NCBI GenBank assembly: GCA_013239625.1
Contig: MU053216.1
Coordinates: 1,118,001-1,182,000 of the forward strand
Source of the DNA: Lama guanicoe
Taxonomy: Eukaryota
Direction: 5' to 3'
Length of the DNA: 64,000 nt
Shown: one piece after another, positions 44,201-59,600 of the stretch
How the letters are laid out: every line of letters begins with the position of its first letter
Numbering within the stretch: position 1 is the first letter of the stretch
Notes under the pieces: generated by a model
What the model was told of the DNA's origin: nothing
Database searches by the model: none
What the model saw: the letters and a program-made list of their open reading frames with translations, nothing else
Translations under genes and position numbers: made by a program

Positions 44201-44799
44201 CAGCCACGTGGACGTCGGGGCAGAGCGGGGCAGCAGAGGGAGCAGCTAGAGCAAGGGAGTGGGGGTGGGGATGGGGGCGCAGTGTGGCAAGGCGGGGACT
44301 GAGGGGAGGAGCGAATCAGGCATTTCTCATTTTTCATCTCCATACTCCAGGAGATAGGACCTGTGCCATCCTCATGTCCCCTACCAGGGTGCCGAGGCAC
44401 AGGGAAGATGAGCATTTTGCTGAGGTCACACAGCCAGGAAGTGGTGCAACCTGGGTGAGTCTGACCACAGGACAGCGTTATACTTTGCTGCTGCCCTCCC
44501 CCACCCGGACCCCTTCCCGTCCCCAACCTGGCTGACATGCAATGACCCCTGGAGCCCATGCAGGGCTGTGTCTCGAGAGACAGCTCAGGTGGTAAGGGTG
44601 CACTTCTCAGAACCCTCTTTTGACTCCGTGCCCTGGCTGGAGAGCCTAGCTGCTCAGTGAGAGGTCGGAGGTCTCTGTGGACTGCCTTCACCAGGGTTTG
44701 ACCTGACCCCAAGCAGGAACTCGCGGGGAGGCAGGGCTCACCACCCGTGCTCTCTGCTGCCCCCACAGTTCCTCTCCCGGACCAGCAGCAGCCCTGTCA

Positions 44800-45063
<264 letters not shown>

Positions 45064-45497
45064 TCAAAGCAGGTGGGAGAGCCCGGACGAGGGGAGCCAG
45101 GCCCCTGGGTGGGAGGTTGGATGAACCACCTTCAAGCTGATAACATGGCTACTTTCAGGATAATGAAAACAAGCTGTTTTGTGTTTCCAGGGGAAAAGAA
45201 AATTAGACTTTTACTATGGTTAGATTAGACACAGGGAAGACCTCCCTACACAGTGTGTCAGAGGCTGGAGCTCCCTTCTCTGGAAGCCTTCAGAAATGAC
45301 AGGTACCCAAGGTCGGGTGATGGTGATGGACAACGCCGATGATGGTGGCAGCGGCCAGGAAGCCTTTCTTAGGCTAAGCGCGCCAAGTACACCCTCTCAT
45401 TCAACCTCTCGATTACCCTACCCAGCGGGTACCTGCAACATCCACCTCACAAGTAAGGAAACCATGGCCTGGAGGCCCTAACTTTTCCAAAGCCTCA

Positions 45498-45821
<324 letters not shown>

Positions 45822-46290
45822 CTAGGAGCTTCTCACCCGGGCCTGGTGCCCCCCAGGGGTCGTGGGGAGCTGCCCCTCTGCGTTGGAAGAAAGGGGCACA
45901 AAGACTGACCACTGCAGGGTCTGGAAGGACCCAGAGATGGGCGGGGTGGGCCTAACCACAAAGCCCCTGCTTTCCCAGGAGAGACTCCTGGATCTCAGGG
46001 CAAGGTGTCTTTGGGGGGAAGTTGTTCTGTTGCTCTAAAAATTTTTTTAAATTGCTGTTCTAGTGAAGTACTCCATTTTACAGATGAATAAGTCAGGACC
46101 TAGGGAGGGGAAATGATTAAGTTGAGGATACAGAGCTTATAAGTGGAGAGCTGGATCCCGAGCTCCAGCCCAGTTCCTCCCATCCACCACCAGAAGTCAG
46201 CTCCCCAGCACGTGTTGGGGGTGGAGGAGAGGGGAGCCCAGCGTACAGCAGGGGAGCCTCCCAACTCCCCACAGACAGGCCCAGACCCAC

Positions 46291-46336
46291 CTCTTTTTCA
46301 GCATCTTCCGGAAATCCATCAGCTCCTTCTTGAGGT
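46291..46336 (-). CDS. IGFN1: IGFN1 exon 7 (DLKKELMDFRKMLKKR)
   Basis: ttttctag|AC acceptor, AG|GTGGGT donor; 46 bp, phase 1-2; MyBP-C-like DFxxLLKKR motif. Confidence 0.93.
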
Positions 46337-46590
46337 CTAGAAAAGGAAGAGGAGTGAGGCCCCCGTCCCAGGGTGGGATTCCTTGGGGCTAACGCAGGGT
46401 GGGTTGAGGAGGGGCTGGAGGGAGGGCCCGAAGTCCGTGGCTGACGGCCGAGCTTTTGAAAGGGGAGCTCCTGTGGGCTGGTGGTGGCCCGTAAAGCACC
46501 TGTGAGGGCTTGGCCAGGTGGGGAGCACCCGGCAGGGAGCAGCCCATCCCCCCAACGACCACACAGAGATTTCTGACAGCCTCTACCTAC

Positions 46591-46635
46591 CCTCTTGGGG
46601 CTCCTTTTGCCTCTTCCGATTCTTCCGAAAGCCAA
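46591..46635 (-). CDS. IGFN1: IGFN1 exon 6 (VGFRKNRKRQKEPQE)
   Basis: cag|TT acceptor, G|GTAGGT donor; 45 bp, phase 1-1. Confidence 0.92.
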
Positions 46636-47039
46636 CTGGAGCATCAGGAGGAAAGGAGGGCGTGAATGTGGACAGCCAGGAAAAGAGGCAGAACACTTCG
46701 ATGGTCTCTGAGAGCCCGCTGAGTCCGGGCGCTGACCGCCCCACGCCCCTCTAAGGCCGGCGCGGCCCAGCAAGAGGGAGCGCAGGGCCAAGGGTCTGTC
46801 CACCATAAGCTCTGGTCCCCCAGAGTGTGCCCACAGAGGGGCTGACTTGATCACCATCTCATGTTGGGGTGGCACACTCCCATGTCTACAGGGCTGGGGG
46901 ATGCATGAATGGAGGGAGTGACCGCTGATGACCACAAGCTGACTGGCATCTGAAGGGGCAGCTGCCCTTCCCCCCACCTGAGAGCTCCCACTTCAGGGCA
47001 TAGGCCCGCCATCACCAGACATGTCCCCTGCAGAGGCTG

Positions 47040-47830
47040 GAAGGCTGCCCACTGGCCTTTTCTGGCTTCCCTGGCAACTGGGAGTGGCCCTGTGACACTG
47101 TTCTGGCCAATGAGGTGTGAAAGGAGTGTCTGTGGAAGTGTTTGCTTCCTTTCTTTTTTATTTTTAAAAATCATATTTTCACATTTTGTAAAAGAGCAGG
47201 AATAACTAAAATAAATGGATATTGTAAATCATGGTCTCATTTCAGAACCCTATTTTGCCACAGACGACCCGTTTGACTTTTGCGTTGGTTTCCTTCAGGA
47301 GACAAAATGCGTGTGCTTCTGTCTCCAGGAGGAAGTTCCCTAACGTAGGTTTCCTAAAACCTTGAAACTTTTGCTGAAGAACAAAGAAGGATTTGCTTTG
47401 TACAGAACAATATGAGTTTGACGCTCCTTCTGGGAAACGGCACCTGCTGGAGCTGCATCTATTTTTCCAGTTGCAAGTTTCTTTTTTTATTGAAGGATAA
47501 TTGATGTACAATTTTATATTAGCCTCTGCTTTCTTGATAAAAGGGCCAGGTATACCTGGGGGTGCTTCTCCACCTCTTCTGCTTGAATGTGGGTTCAGTT
47601 TGGGTCTGCTGCAGTTGCCCCGTGAAGACGAGGTTCAGAACCAACCACTAAATGCAGCAGAGCCGTGGGACGGAGAGCGTCTGGCTGTCCAGCGACAGCC
47701 CCGACCGTGGCTGGAACCCTGGGCGAACCCCAGGACCTGTTCCCACAGCTGGAAGGAGGTGGCTTGGCTTCTCCGGCTACTTGGAGGAGGGATCCTATTA
47801 CTTGTGGGCAAAAGTGTAACCAATTGAGAG
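47040..47830. mobile_element. Interrupted ancient ERVL LTR (LTR33/LTR16-like)
   Basis: ggagtggccctgtgacactgttctggccaatgaggtg... resumes at ctgctttcttgataaaaggg. Confidence 0.45.
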
Positions 47831-48290
47831 AGAAGAACTGCTTTCCAAGAGACGTTTACCTTCAATTACTTGCCGACAATTTAAAATTTTGGAAACACCG
47901 TGCAAACCAAAAAAACCCCAAAAACCGAAAACCAAAAACACAAAAGCACATCCGATTTGGCCTTTGTGTGCTCTGTTTGTCCCGTCTGATGCAGACCTGC
48001 ACAAAACAGCCTGTGTGTGGTGGCGACACTGGGGCCAAGAGAAGGAACCGAAGCCCCCTGAGTCAGCTGGCCGAGCGGGACTGGAAAGTTCCAGGCCCTG
48101 ACCTCGTTTCTCGGCGCGAAGAGAATATCCCTCAGAGCATCTGCAGGGGGCGCCCGCGAGCGGGAACCCGCTCAACCACGTGCAGCGGGAGCGTGGCGGA
48201 TGAAGCGCATGGCTCCGCAGCGGGCGCGGCACGACAGCTGTGGCCCTCCCCGCCCCCTGCCCCACCCGCCGCGTGGCCTGATTCCGCTCA

Positions 48291-48884
<594 letters not shown>

Positions 48885-49148
48885 TTAGTGCTCGTAAAAC
48901 CCCATAAAGGAGGTGCTGCCATTACCCCCACTGACAGATGCGCCCACAGGAGAACAGAGACGTGAGTGGCCTTCCAAGGCCGGGACGCTGGGCCTGGCGC
49001 TCCAACACAGGCACCCCGCTCCAGAGCTCGAGCGCAGTTCCACGTGTTCCATCAGCTCGCCCGCCCACAGCTGGCTCAGGCAGCCTGGAGTCCACTCAGC
49101 CCCAGCTGGGCTCTCTCTTACTCGCCCCTGGGGGCTGGAGACCTTCTA

Positions 49149-49502
<354 letters not shown>

Positions 49503-50035
49503 TCACCTGGCTTGCCTGCTCCAAGCCTGGGCTCGCAGAGGGAGCCGCACGCAGGTGGAGTGTCTGGGGGACGGGAGAGGGCTGGGGCGGGAGATGGGGA
49601 TAAGGGGCCTTACGGACTCTCCCAAGACGGGGAAGGTCGAGCCTTTTGTGGGTCCCACGTCCACTCTCTAGGGGGAACGGCGACCTCGGAAAGGCCTGGC
49701 TGTGATGCCCAAAGGGGCTGGTTCTGAGACGCAGGTTCCAGCCTCAAGGGAGAGTCTAAACTCTGTCCTTGGCCTGAATGCCTGGGGCTGCCCCCCTCAA
49801 GGACCCCCAGACGCCAGCTGGAAACATCTCAGAAGGGAAGGGCTTGGAGTAAAGACCCAAGGGCCCCCCACCCCTGTGGCAAGTGACACAGTTTCTCGTG
49901 ACTGTCAGGGGGACTTAGATTTACACACATAGGGGGCCAGTATTTTTCTCAGGGGAAATCCGTTGCAGGGACCTGTGTGGTGGAAGGAACACCAGCCTGC
50001 ACCCTCCCGCAGGTCCTGTTCCCAACCCTTCCCTA

Positions 50036-50827
<792 letters not shown>

Positions 50828-50863
50828 TCAGGGCTGGCAGGGAGAAGGGGGCCCCCCTCTCAC

Positions 50864-50870
50864 CTGCCAT
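50864..50870 (-). CDS. IGFN1: IGFN1 exon 2 coding part (ATG GCA G); the exon begins at 50913 or 50910
   Basis: Kozak context aggATGG; donor CAG|GTGAGA; tandem NAGNAG acceptor ttctgtcttctgttctcag/cag; phase 1 joins exon 3 to give MAGK. Confidence 0.88.
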
Positions 50871-53041
50871 CCTGCTGGCCCGTCTTTGGCTGCTGAGGGG
50901 GGTGACGGATCTGCTGAGAACAGAAGACAGAATTGCTGAGGAAGACCCCACCCCTCCCACGTGCTGGGGCCTCCGCCACTCTGGAGTGGGAGCCGGCTGG
51001 AGCTGCCGCCCTGGGAGCCGCCTCGCCCGGGCGAACGGTGCCTTGGCGTCCCAGAGTTCCCTGGCCCCGTGAAACCAACCTCCCGAGACCAGGGAGGGGT
51101 AGGACGCTGCCCACTTGGCACCTTTTCCGGGCGAAAGAAACTGTAGGGCTGAGCCACGAGCTGTGCTGGTGGCCTAGCCTCGTGGCGGGACCCCCGGCCC
51201 GGTGGTCACTCAGAGGGTGGGACACAGCCTCTCCCCGTGTCAGGAAAGCAAATCCCCAGCGTCAGGATTCTTCTGGCTGTTTAAGCACCTGGCCCCTTGA
51301 CTTCCCCTGGGACGCCTGGCTCCTCCCCCACCTCCGAGATTCCGTAGCAGGACCAGCAGCAGTCTGTCTACCCCGAACCCCCATCCAGTCTGGGACCCAG
51401 ATCACCAGGTCTGCAGGCAAGAATCCCCGACTTGCTGCTCTTAAGATCTTCTAAGCCCAGGCTGAAGGGATCTCTATAAATCCATCCGCCTGCCTCTGAA
51501 GCCAGTGAGTTATAACGTCAGGTGAACAAGCGGCCTTTTCTAACCACCACCACCATCTCCCCCCAGCTTCCTCTCACTGACATCCATTCATCATGGCCAG
51601 TGGGCATGCCACCAGGGGAGGGAGGTGGGGGCTTGGCTCTGGGCTAGGATGAGAGCCTTGAGGAGACCGGTGGGTTGAGTGGGGAGGGGATGTCTTGAAA
51701 GGACTGCCAGCAGGCCCACCCCGTGTGCGACTGGCCCGCGGCCAAGGGGTTCCACTCTGGGGACGCCACTTCCTGCCCAAGAGCCCTCAATATAGAATCA
51801 CATGACAAGGCACATTCCTCCCTCCAAGTGACGCTCTTCCATTTCACAACTGCCCACCCACTGGCCCTCTGGCCCCAGGGCGTCCCCTCTGCAGCCCGGC
51901 CACCGCCCCCCAGTGCGCTGGAATGCCACGGCGCGCCAGCCGCGGCGTTCTGGAGCGGTCACGGGCCACAGCCGCCGCTCAGCGGGGAGTCGCCGGGGAG
52001 GGCCAGGAGGGATGGAGGGGAACCCAGCTGGCTGCGGCTGGGGAGGGGCTCTGTCCCACCGCCACCCGGGGCAACCGCCCGCGCCTGCACACGGTCTGCA
52101 CCCTGGAGCGGTCCACACAGACGTCTTAGTCAGCATCTTCACCTCCACAGCTCCATCACCAATGCACCAGCTCTCCGTTACTTACTTGGCTGTTTGTCAC
52201 GCACGGAGAAGTGTAATCCTCTGCCCGCCTCTCCTTGCAGCCTCCTGCTCCAGGTCCCAGCTGAGAAGGGAGAGAGAAGAGCCACTGTGGGGACTTAGGG
52301 GCCCACGTGGAGCCACCTCACCCTCCCGCCCTACCTCCATCTCTTCGGGAATGAGCTAGATTGTGGACGAAGCCAAAGCCAAAGGGCGAGAGGCTGTCTG
52401 CTGGAGACTAGAGGGTGGTGGTCTCCACTGGCGGCGGGCATGGGTGGGGGCCGTGGGGAGGAGACAAATGCTCTCTGCACATTGGAGAGAATCCTAATTC
52501 TTCTCCTAATTCTTCTCTGCGCCAAGCAGCAACCCGTGTCCTCACTTCAGCCCAGTCCCGCAGGTGTCCCCTGGTCGCCCTCCAGGCCCCACAGCCCACC
52601 ACCCCTGCCCCACCTGCTGTGTCGTCCAGCGGACCTGCGGCCTGCGGCTCTGCCACCAGCAGGAGTTAGGGCAGGAAGAGACAAACAGGGGTTCTCTCAA
52701 TTCTTTGGACCGTGCTGTTCATCAAGACGTAGCGAGTCCCAGACCTCAGGTCCTTGTCCCGACAACTTGTCAGATTTTTAACCTGGCCATCATTTCCACC
52801 CAAGCGGTGCTGAGACAATCAGAGCCAGGACAGAACCACCCGATCGGACTCTCTGGGGCTCTCCTTCCAGTATCCCAGTGCCACTGGAGGGGATGTCCCT
52901 GCACCCGGGCGTGAGCAGCCACCCAGGGAGCGCCCCCGGCGGGTTTCACGCCCTCCGCCCACCCCCTCCTCAGTTTTCCAGCCTCTCCATCCCTGCCCTG
53001 CCCCCGCCGGGTGGGTAGCCAGGTGTACGGGGCCCACTCAC

Positions 53042-53358
53042 CTGGGTACACAGGCCGCCTTCCGCCTCCCGTGGCTCCTTCCTCCCGTGTCCAGCTGCTG
53101 CGCGCTGCCCGAGGCTCTGAATGGACTGCTGGGGACGGGAGGAGCTGGGAGCAGATGTAGGTCACAGCAGACTCGTCAGCCTCCCTCTGCCCCTCCCACT
53201 CAGCCCCTCCCTCCTCCTCCTCCAGCCAGGGCTCGGCGGGGCAGGGCCCCAGGGGGTTCATGCCCTTGCCTCCCGGGGGGTCAGGGACAGAAGGGTCCTG
53301 TGGCAGGATCTCACACAACTCCTTGCAGAGCTTTAAGATCTTAGCCAGACTGGCTTCG
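53042..53358 (-). other. IGFN1: Putative non-coding exon 1; 3' boundary either 53270 (GC donor) or 53042 (GT donor)
   Basis: TSS inferred ~30 nt downstream of the TATA box. Candidate donors are GAG|GCAAGG at 53270 and CAG|GTGAGT at 53042. Confidence 0.4.
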
Positions 53359-53382
53359 TTAAGCCCGCTCCCCACTGCCTCA

Positions 53383-53388
53383 TTTATA
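53383..53388 (-). promoter_or_regulatory. IGFN1: Candidate TATA box (TATAAA) of the IGFN1 promoter
   Basis: Minus strand reads ttcaTATAAAtgagg about 2.5 kb upstream of the ATG exon. CAGCTG/CACCTG E-boxes lie nearby (~53092, ~53685, ~53859). Confidence 0.55.
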
Positions 53389-55648
53389 TGAACCCTCTTA
53401 GTGGGGATGTTCTCATCATCCAAAGCCTTAATTTTTCAGCTAAGCCGATCCCTTGGGACCCTTGGCACCATAAGTCACTTGGACATGTAAAGCCGCTGCC
53501 CCCTTGGGAGTCACAATCCAAAGTGGCACCAGATAGACCCAAACTCGGGAAGCCAGTCACAGCCCGACAGACAAGAGGGAGTGATCCCAAAGGCTCTGCC
53601 ACTGGAGAGTGTGGGGCAGCGTGGGAGGCCGAGAGGCCTCCCAGGAGGAGGCGCGCTTTCTCCAGACAGAAGGGGTATCCCCGCCAGCTGGGCGGGGGGC
53701 TGAGGGGCAGGGCAGATGGCTGGGTGTTTGAGGACGAGTGCATGGAAGGTGGGAATCAGGGGTAGGGCAGCCGGTGACAGATTGTCTCCAGAGAAGCGGA
53801 GGGCAGGCTGGCCCAGAGGAGCTAAAGTGATAAGGCTGCCTGCTCTGCTTGGGAGAGCCACCTGCTCTCTCCTTGAGAACAGAGAACTGGTTTGTTGCCG
53901 CCAATAAGCAAGGCTCGATCAAGGATTCAGGCAGAGGAGAAGGGCAGTGGGGCCAAAGGTTCCTTCAAGCAGAGGAATTTACACATCCCTGTCAGTACAC
54001 TGTCAATTCCATCGGCATTATCTCTGCATGCGCTCCAGGAGGGCAGGAGTCTGACAGCTCACACTCGGTGTGTGTGCATGTGCCCCTGTGTGTTTCTAGC
54101 TCTGGGTGTCAGAATATGGTGTTTCATTTATTCGACAAATATGTGCTGAACACCCCCTCCGCGGGCCCGTGGGTCTAGCACCTGGGGATACACAGGGAAG
54201 CGCAGGCAGGCCCCCGGCCCCCACAGCTGACGGTCGGGGGAGCTGAAGTTGGGAGATCAGGAAAGAGCAGAGGGAGGAGAGCTTGGACAGGTGGGTGGCT
54301 TTGGAAACCACTGAAGAAATTTGATCTGTATCCTAAGCTGGAGGGGTGATGAGATCCAATTCTCATTTTTCAAAACCCACTCTGCAGCCTGGCAGGAAAG
54401 GGGTCAGAGGAGGGTGGAACTGAGGGGCAAGCGTCCAGCGCCCAGGAAGGTGGACCAGCCACCCTGAGGTGTTCTTCCTTCCGGGGGGCTGGGAGCCCTA
54501 CTGCAGGGGGCCTCTGGGACCCAATGCTGTGTCGTCCCGGGGGGTAAGGGAGGCTGTGAGCAGGGCCCAATACGGACCCTTAGCATCTCAGGTGCCTCTG
54601 CTGGCCCCTGGGTGGCTGGTAGACTCTCCCCTGAGGCCTCCAGTGGCCGCCAGACCTCATCAGGAGTGCCTGTCCACTCTGGCCTGTCCCATACATGGAG
54701 CCTTCTCACTGAGGTGAGGTGGAAGTTTCAGGACTCTGACGAGACGGCCGATGGTCTTCACTTACCCTCTGCTCTCGGTCCTCAATCCTTCATCCTCTGC
54801 GGAAGGAGCGCCCAGTAACACGTGGCTGTGCCTCGCAGGCATAGCCGCTGCGTGGAAGTGAGAATCTTCAGCCGCATGAAGGGTCCTGGGCCAGACACTG
54901 GCGCTGCTCCCTGTGGTTGGCAGTGGGTAAGAGCAGGGTGGGGGGGGGTCCCAACCCCCAGCCCCGCCCTTCTAGGAATTCCTTGGCTACCACTCAAGCC
55001 AGTGACAGGGGCTTCTGACCATTCTCCAGTGGTCTTTCCCAGGGCCCAGATTTTAGCCCGTGGAGAACCCATCTCTCCCTGTCATGAACCTCACTGCACT
55101 GCCTGAGAGACTTTTCCTTTGGGATGTCAAGGAGCAAGGCCCCGCCATCCTTGATGAGGGGGGATCCACAACCACAAGCTCTGGGCGGGGGCCTGTGGGT
55201 GTTACTCGTTCTCCTCTGTGCCTTGCAAGAAGGCTCAGTGACTCGGGAGAGAAAGGATCACGGTTTATTAACGCTCTCCTGCCCCGTCAGTGGAGCAGCC
55301 TCGCACAGCAGGTGCTGGGAGCTCAGGCCCATAAGGGGCCCTCTTGCTGCCCATGGCTTGGGTTTAGCGGGACGGTCTCTGAGGTCCTGGCCTTCTCGGC
55401 CCTTCTGGAGTCCTGCGACTTGCGGAGGGGGCTCCCGGGGCCGGGCCCGTGGACCTGGGAAGCCGGTGATTTCACATGACTCAGGAGAGCACTTGAGCTC
55501 ACTTGCAGGCCGCCCCTGCCCCTGCGCTGGCGTGAAGAGGTCCTTCTCCAGCGAGGCGAGCGTGGTGGGCGCTCTCTCTGCTCCTGCTGGGGTCCGGGCG
55601 GATGGGCTGGGAGCACGTGGTTCTGATGAAAGACATTCACATGCGTGT

Positions 55649-55652
<4 letters not shown>

Positions 55653-55678
<26 letters not shown>
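55653..55678. repeat. (AC)13 microsatellite
   Basis: Direct reading of the sequence. Confidence 0.95.
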
Positions 55679-55683
<5 letters not shown>

Positions 55684-56390
55684 CACCAACAGAGTGGACT
55701 ATCCTGAAAGGAGAGGGGCCACATGCAGCCCCGTGGAGACCACATCAGGATTCAGGGCCATTCGTGGGCCTGGGGTTGGACACAGGACTGCAGTCTGACC
55801 CTCCTTCCCAGGAAGGTGGGCTGTGAGCATGAGGTGGGGGTGGACACCCTTTCCTCGCCCCACTCTGGCTTCCCCGGGGGCTCCCGGGACCCAGCCACCC
55901 CCAACGCGCACACACAGCTGCCCGCTGGCTGGTGCCCCTCCCGCGCTCCAGTCCAGCCCGCCGGTCAGCCTCAGTTCACGCCTTTCCCACCCGCTGCGTG
56001 TAATGCATCCCCTGTGGCCTCACAGGAATGAGGGCCTCAGGGACCCCAGGGCAATTTCATGCTTATGAAGCCGGCTCTCAGCAGCAGAGAAACTCGAGTC
56101 AGGGCCCAATCCACTCCTGTGTGAGGGCCCTGCCCAGCTGGCCCCGCCGACCTGAGGGCCGCAGGAGGGAGCGGTGGGCAGAGCCCCTGCCCAGGGTCCC
56201 GGTGGGGATGGGTCTCAGAGGCCTCTGTCTCTGGGCACAGGTAGAGCCTCCCAGAGGGTCAGGGCTGGACAGAGCTTTGGGTGCATCCAACAGCTTCGGC
56301 TCAACAGCGCAGCCTCGACGGACCCCTGCAGAGCGCACGGCAGGCCGGACCTTGTTCTGAGCCTTTGGGTGTATTAGCTCTTAACCTGCA

Positions 56391-56676
56391 CTTTTTCTTT
56401 AAGTGAAACATAGTTGACGTGCGATAGGATGTCAGCCTGAGGTGAACGACATTTGCACACATTATGAAACATTCCCCACAAAGTCATCTGTCCCCAAAGT
56501 TGTCACTCACAATCCTGTTGACCGTCCTTCTTATGCTGCATTCTACATCCTGTGGCTTTTTACCTTCCAGCTGGAGACTGGTACCTCCTCACCCCTTCAA
56601 CTACTTTGCATCCCCTGGCCCCGCCACCCTCCCCTCTGGCCACCGCCCGTTTGCTCTCTGTGTCTCCTGTGGATCT
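56391..56676 (-). mobile_element. L1 3'-end fragment (L1MA-like)
   Basis: T-rich start, acatagttgac, cccctctggccaccgcccgtttgctctctgt. Confidence 0.65.
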
Positions 56677-59600
56677 AACCCGACTTCCTCCTGTTCAGAG
56701 GGGGGCATGGAGGAGGCCGGGAGAGGAGCAGGACCTGCCAAGGGCACCCGGCGAATCAGCCAGGTTCACCTCCACTGTGGGGAGACCGCCGACCACTAAG
56801 TCGTTCTGGAGAGCCGCTCTGTGGAGGCGTCGATCGGGCCGGGAGGAGGAGGAGAAACTGCTCGTGCCAACAAGACTGAGCCCACGCTGCCTGTGAGCCT
56901 GGTTCTCCCATAGCCGGCATCTTACCGAGACGCTGGCCTGCACGCCCGTGGCCACTGGGGTCCCTGCGTGGCCGTGGACGCCCACCGCCTGGGTCGCCTC
57001 ATTTGCCCACGGCCACATCGGAGGTGGAAGCAGTCTGCCCGCCTTGCAGAGAAGGACGCTGAGGCTGAGAGCTGTGAACGTGGGCCCCGCGTTCCGCAGC
57101 CGGGTGACCCAGGAGGTTGCAGGGCGGGCGGCCTGAGCCCGTGATGTCCGCCTCCCGGCCCAGACGTTCCGCATGGCAAGCAGTGGATGTGATCCGTTTC
57201 CCCGGCTTCCCGGCTGCATGCTTTTGCCCCCGGACCTCATCCTCGGAAGGCTTAGCGGCGCTTGTCGGAAGTTGAGAAGCGCCCAGCCGTTTGCAATTTC
57301 TGAGGCTTCTGGCATTTTTTAAAGGAAAAAATGAGCAAACAGGGCAAAATACGAGTAACACATTATAAATGTTCACATTGAACCTCTTAAGACTGTCAGT
57401 CCGTGGACACGGAGTGCCAGGCCCATAATTGCCCTGTTCCCACGTCCCTGTAGGGTGGACAAACAGCTGATTCTCGGTGCCCGGCCAGCAGCATGAATCA
57501 GGAACGAACACTATTTATGCCTAAAAGTAGACGATGAGTGTCCCTTTCTTTCACTCCCATCAGTGATTTCTCCAAGACCACAGGGACAACTCACCAGAGA
57601 TGACGTGGGGCGGGCGAGGGAACAGCCCCCACCCCGCAGGGGGCCCTGCCCCACCCCGTGTGCTGGTCCCCCCGTCAGCACAGCCGCCCCGCTCACGGGG
57701 TCCCTGGCAGCCCAGCCGAGTGCTGGGCGTCGCAGAAGGAGACTGCGGCGCTGTCATGGCATCCTCTCTGCGTGCCCGTCTCTCCCGGGGACGGGGCCTC
57801 TGTGCTGGCAGGATGGCGAGGGCGGCCTGGAGACCCCACCTGCACCCTCCTCCTCCGTCAGGTCACAGCTCTGTGCAAAGCTGGACGCCATCGGCTCGGG
57901 TGGAGAAGCTGAGTCTAGAAGGCGGTAGGGAGCTGAGGGTCTGGGGGGACCTGAGGCAGACAGGGTGGGGACCCGGGAATGAGGTCTAAAGCCACCTGGA
58001 AGCCCACGGGCAGCGAAGCTCAGACTCTGGTCTTACACGCTGAGCCCTGCGGGAACTCCAGCCGCACAGGGAGCCTGTTTGCACCAAATCGAAGCTTCTG
58101 GAGGCATCCAAGGCCTCTCCACCGACCAACATCCTCCCCCGTCCCGACTTCCTGGTTTGTCCTTCCCACTCAGACCCGCTGGTCTCTTGTCCCCAGTTCC
58201 TCCCCCTCCTGTCTGCAGGAAGACTCTCCTGCCTTCCCGTGAGCCCCGCACTGGGTGACAAGATGAACTTGACCCTGTGACCACATCGATTCACCTGGTG
58301 TCACCTCTCAGGATGGTCGGGGGCACATGCCCTCTCCCCCCAAGCCGGGGATCCCCCAGGGCCCAGCGTGCCCCTCCGTGTATGACAGCTCCCCAGACCC
58401 CACAGCCCCTGCGGCTGGCAGGTGGTCAGAGGATGGTCTCTACCCAGCCCCCTTCCTGCCCTACGAGAACACATCTCCTTTGAGCAAAAAGTTCTGCTGA
58501 AACACAGGTGCGCGTGCGCCCTCCAAGGAGCCTCTGGGCCACAACAGCCCCTCGCCAGCAGGCCCACCACCCGCCAGCTTCACCCCACACTGGAGTGACT
58601 TTGGTGGCTTGCCATGGAGTGGGTGAGGAGCCATGAGGGGTTTTTAGGCAATGAAGTAGTCGGTTTGTATTTTGGAAAGAGCTCCTGGGCGTTGTGTGCG
58701 GGCTCATTTCAGCGGAAAAATCCCTGAAGTCAGGGCCTGGCTCTCCCATGAAACCGGGGCTCCCCGGGGGAGGGGCTGTGTCTCCCACATCAGCCCGGGG
58801 CTCCCCACCCCTGTGCCTAAGCCCGGACACGCCCACAGGGAAAGCTGCAGGCTGTGGACTGGTTTACCCCAGTGGAAAGTGAAACGCAGAGCAGGGCATG
58901 GCTCAACCCCGGCCCCGTGCTGCCGGCCGGCTGGGACCAGGACCCGGGGCGTGAGGGGGCACGACGCATCCCCCTGCCTTGGACTGCAAGGGCAGCATGG
59001 CTCCCTCCTTGTGGTCAGCTGTCCTCCATCTGGCACCAGCTTCCCTGATTCCCAGCAGCCTGGCCACACTCAGCTGGTGGCAGAGATCAGGCTGAAACCC
59101 CATCCCTGCCCAGCGTCTTGGCCCTGGGGCGCCGTGCCAGAGCAGAACACCGTAGCAGGAGCCAGCCCGAGGGCCGGTGGGGAGCTGGGTCGGGGCTAGC
59201 CGGGTACTCAGGTCCTTGGGAGACCCAGGCGTGGAGGAAAGGCGGCTGTCAGTCCTCTGCTTAAGAAACCGCAAGGACAAGACCCTCCCAGGGGCCTGGA
59301 GAGGAGACTGTTCTGCCCTCGGGGTGGGAGGTGGGACCCCTCGCTGGGGGTGCAGCCTCCGCCTTACATGCGCCGTGGGGAAGGCATGGCCCCCATACTC
59401 AGAGAGCTCCAGTCTGAATGCGGAGACTTAATCTGCATGGCGGGTCAGCAGTCAGCCGTGTGTGTCACTGCTGTGGTCAGCGCTGACGCCAGCTCTCTGG
59501 GATAGACAGGGATGGAGACGAGCGGGTTCTGAGCACCCACCGTGGGCAGCTGAGCGGGGCCCTGGGCGCCACGACGTCGCCGTTTCCACGGCGGAGGCAG

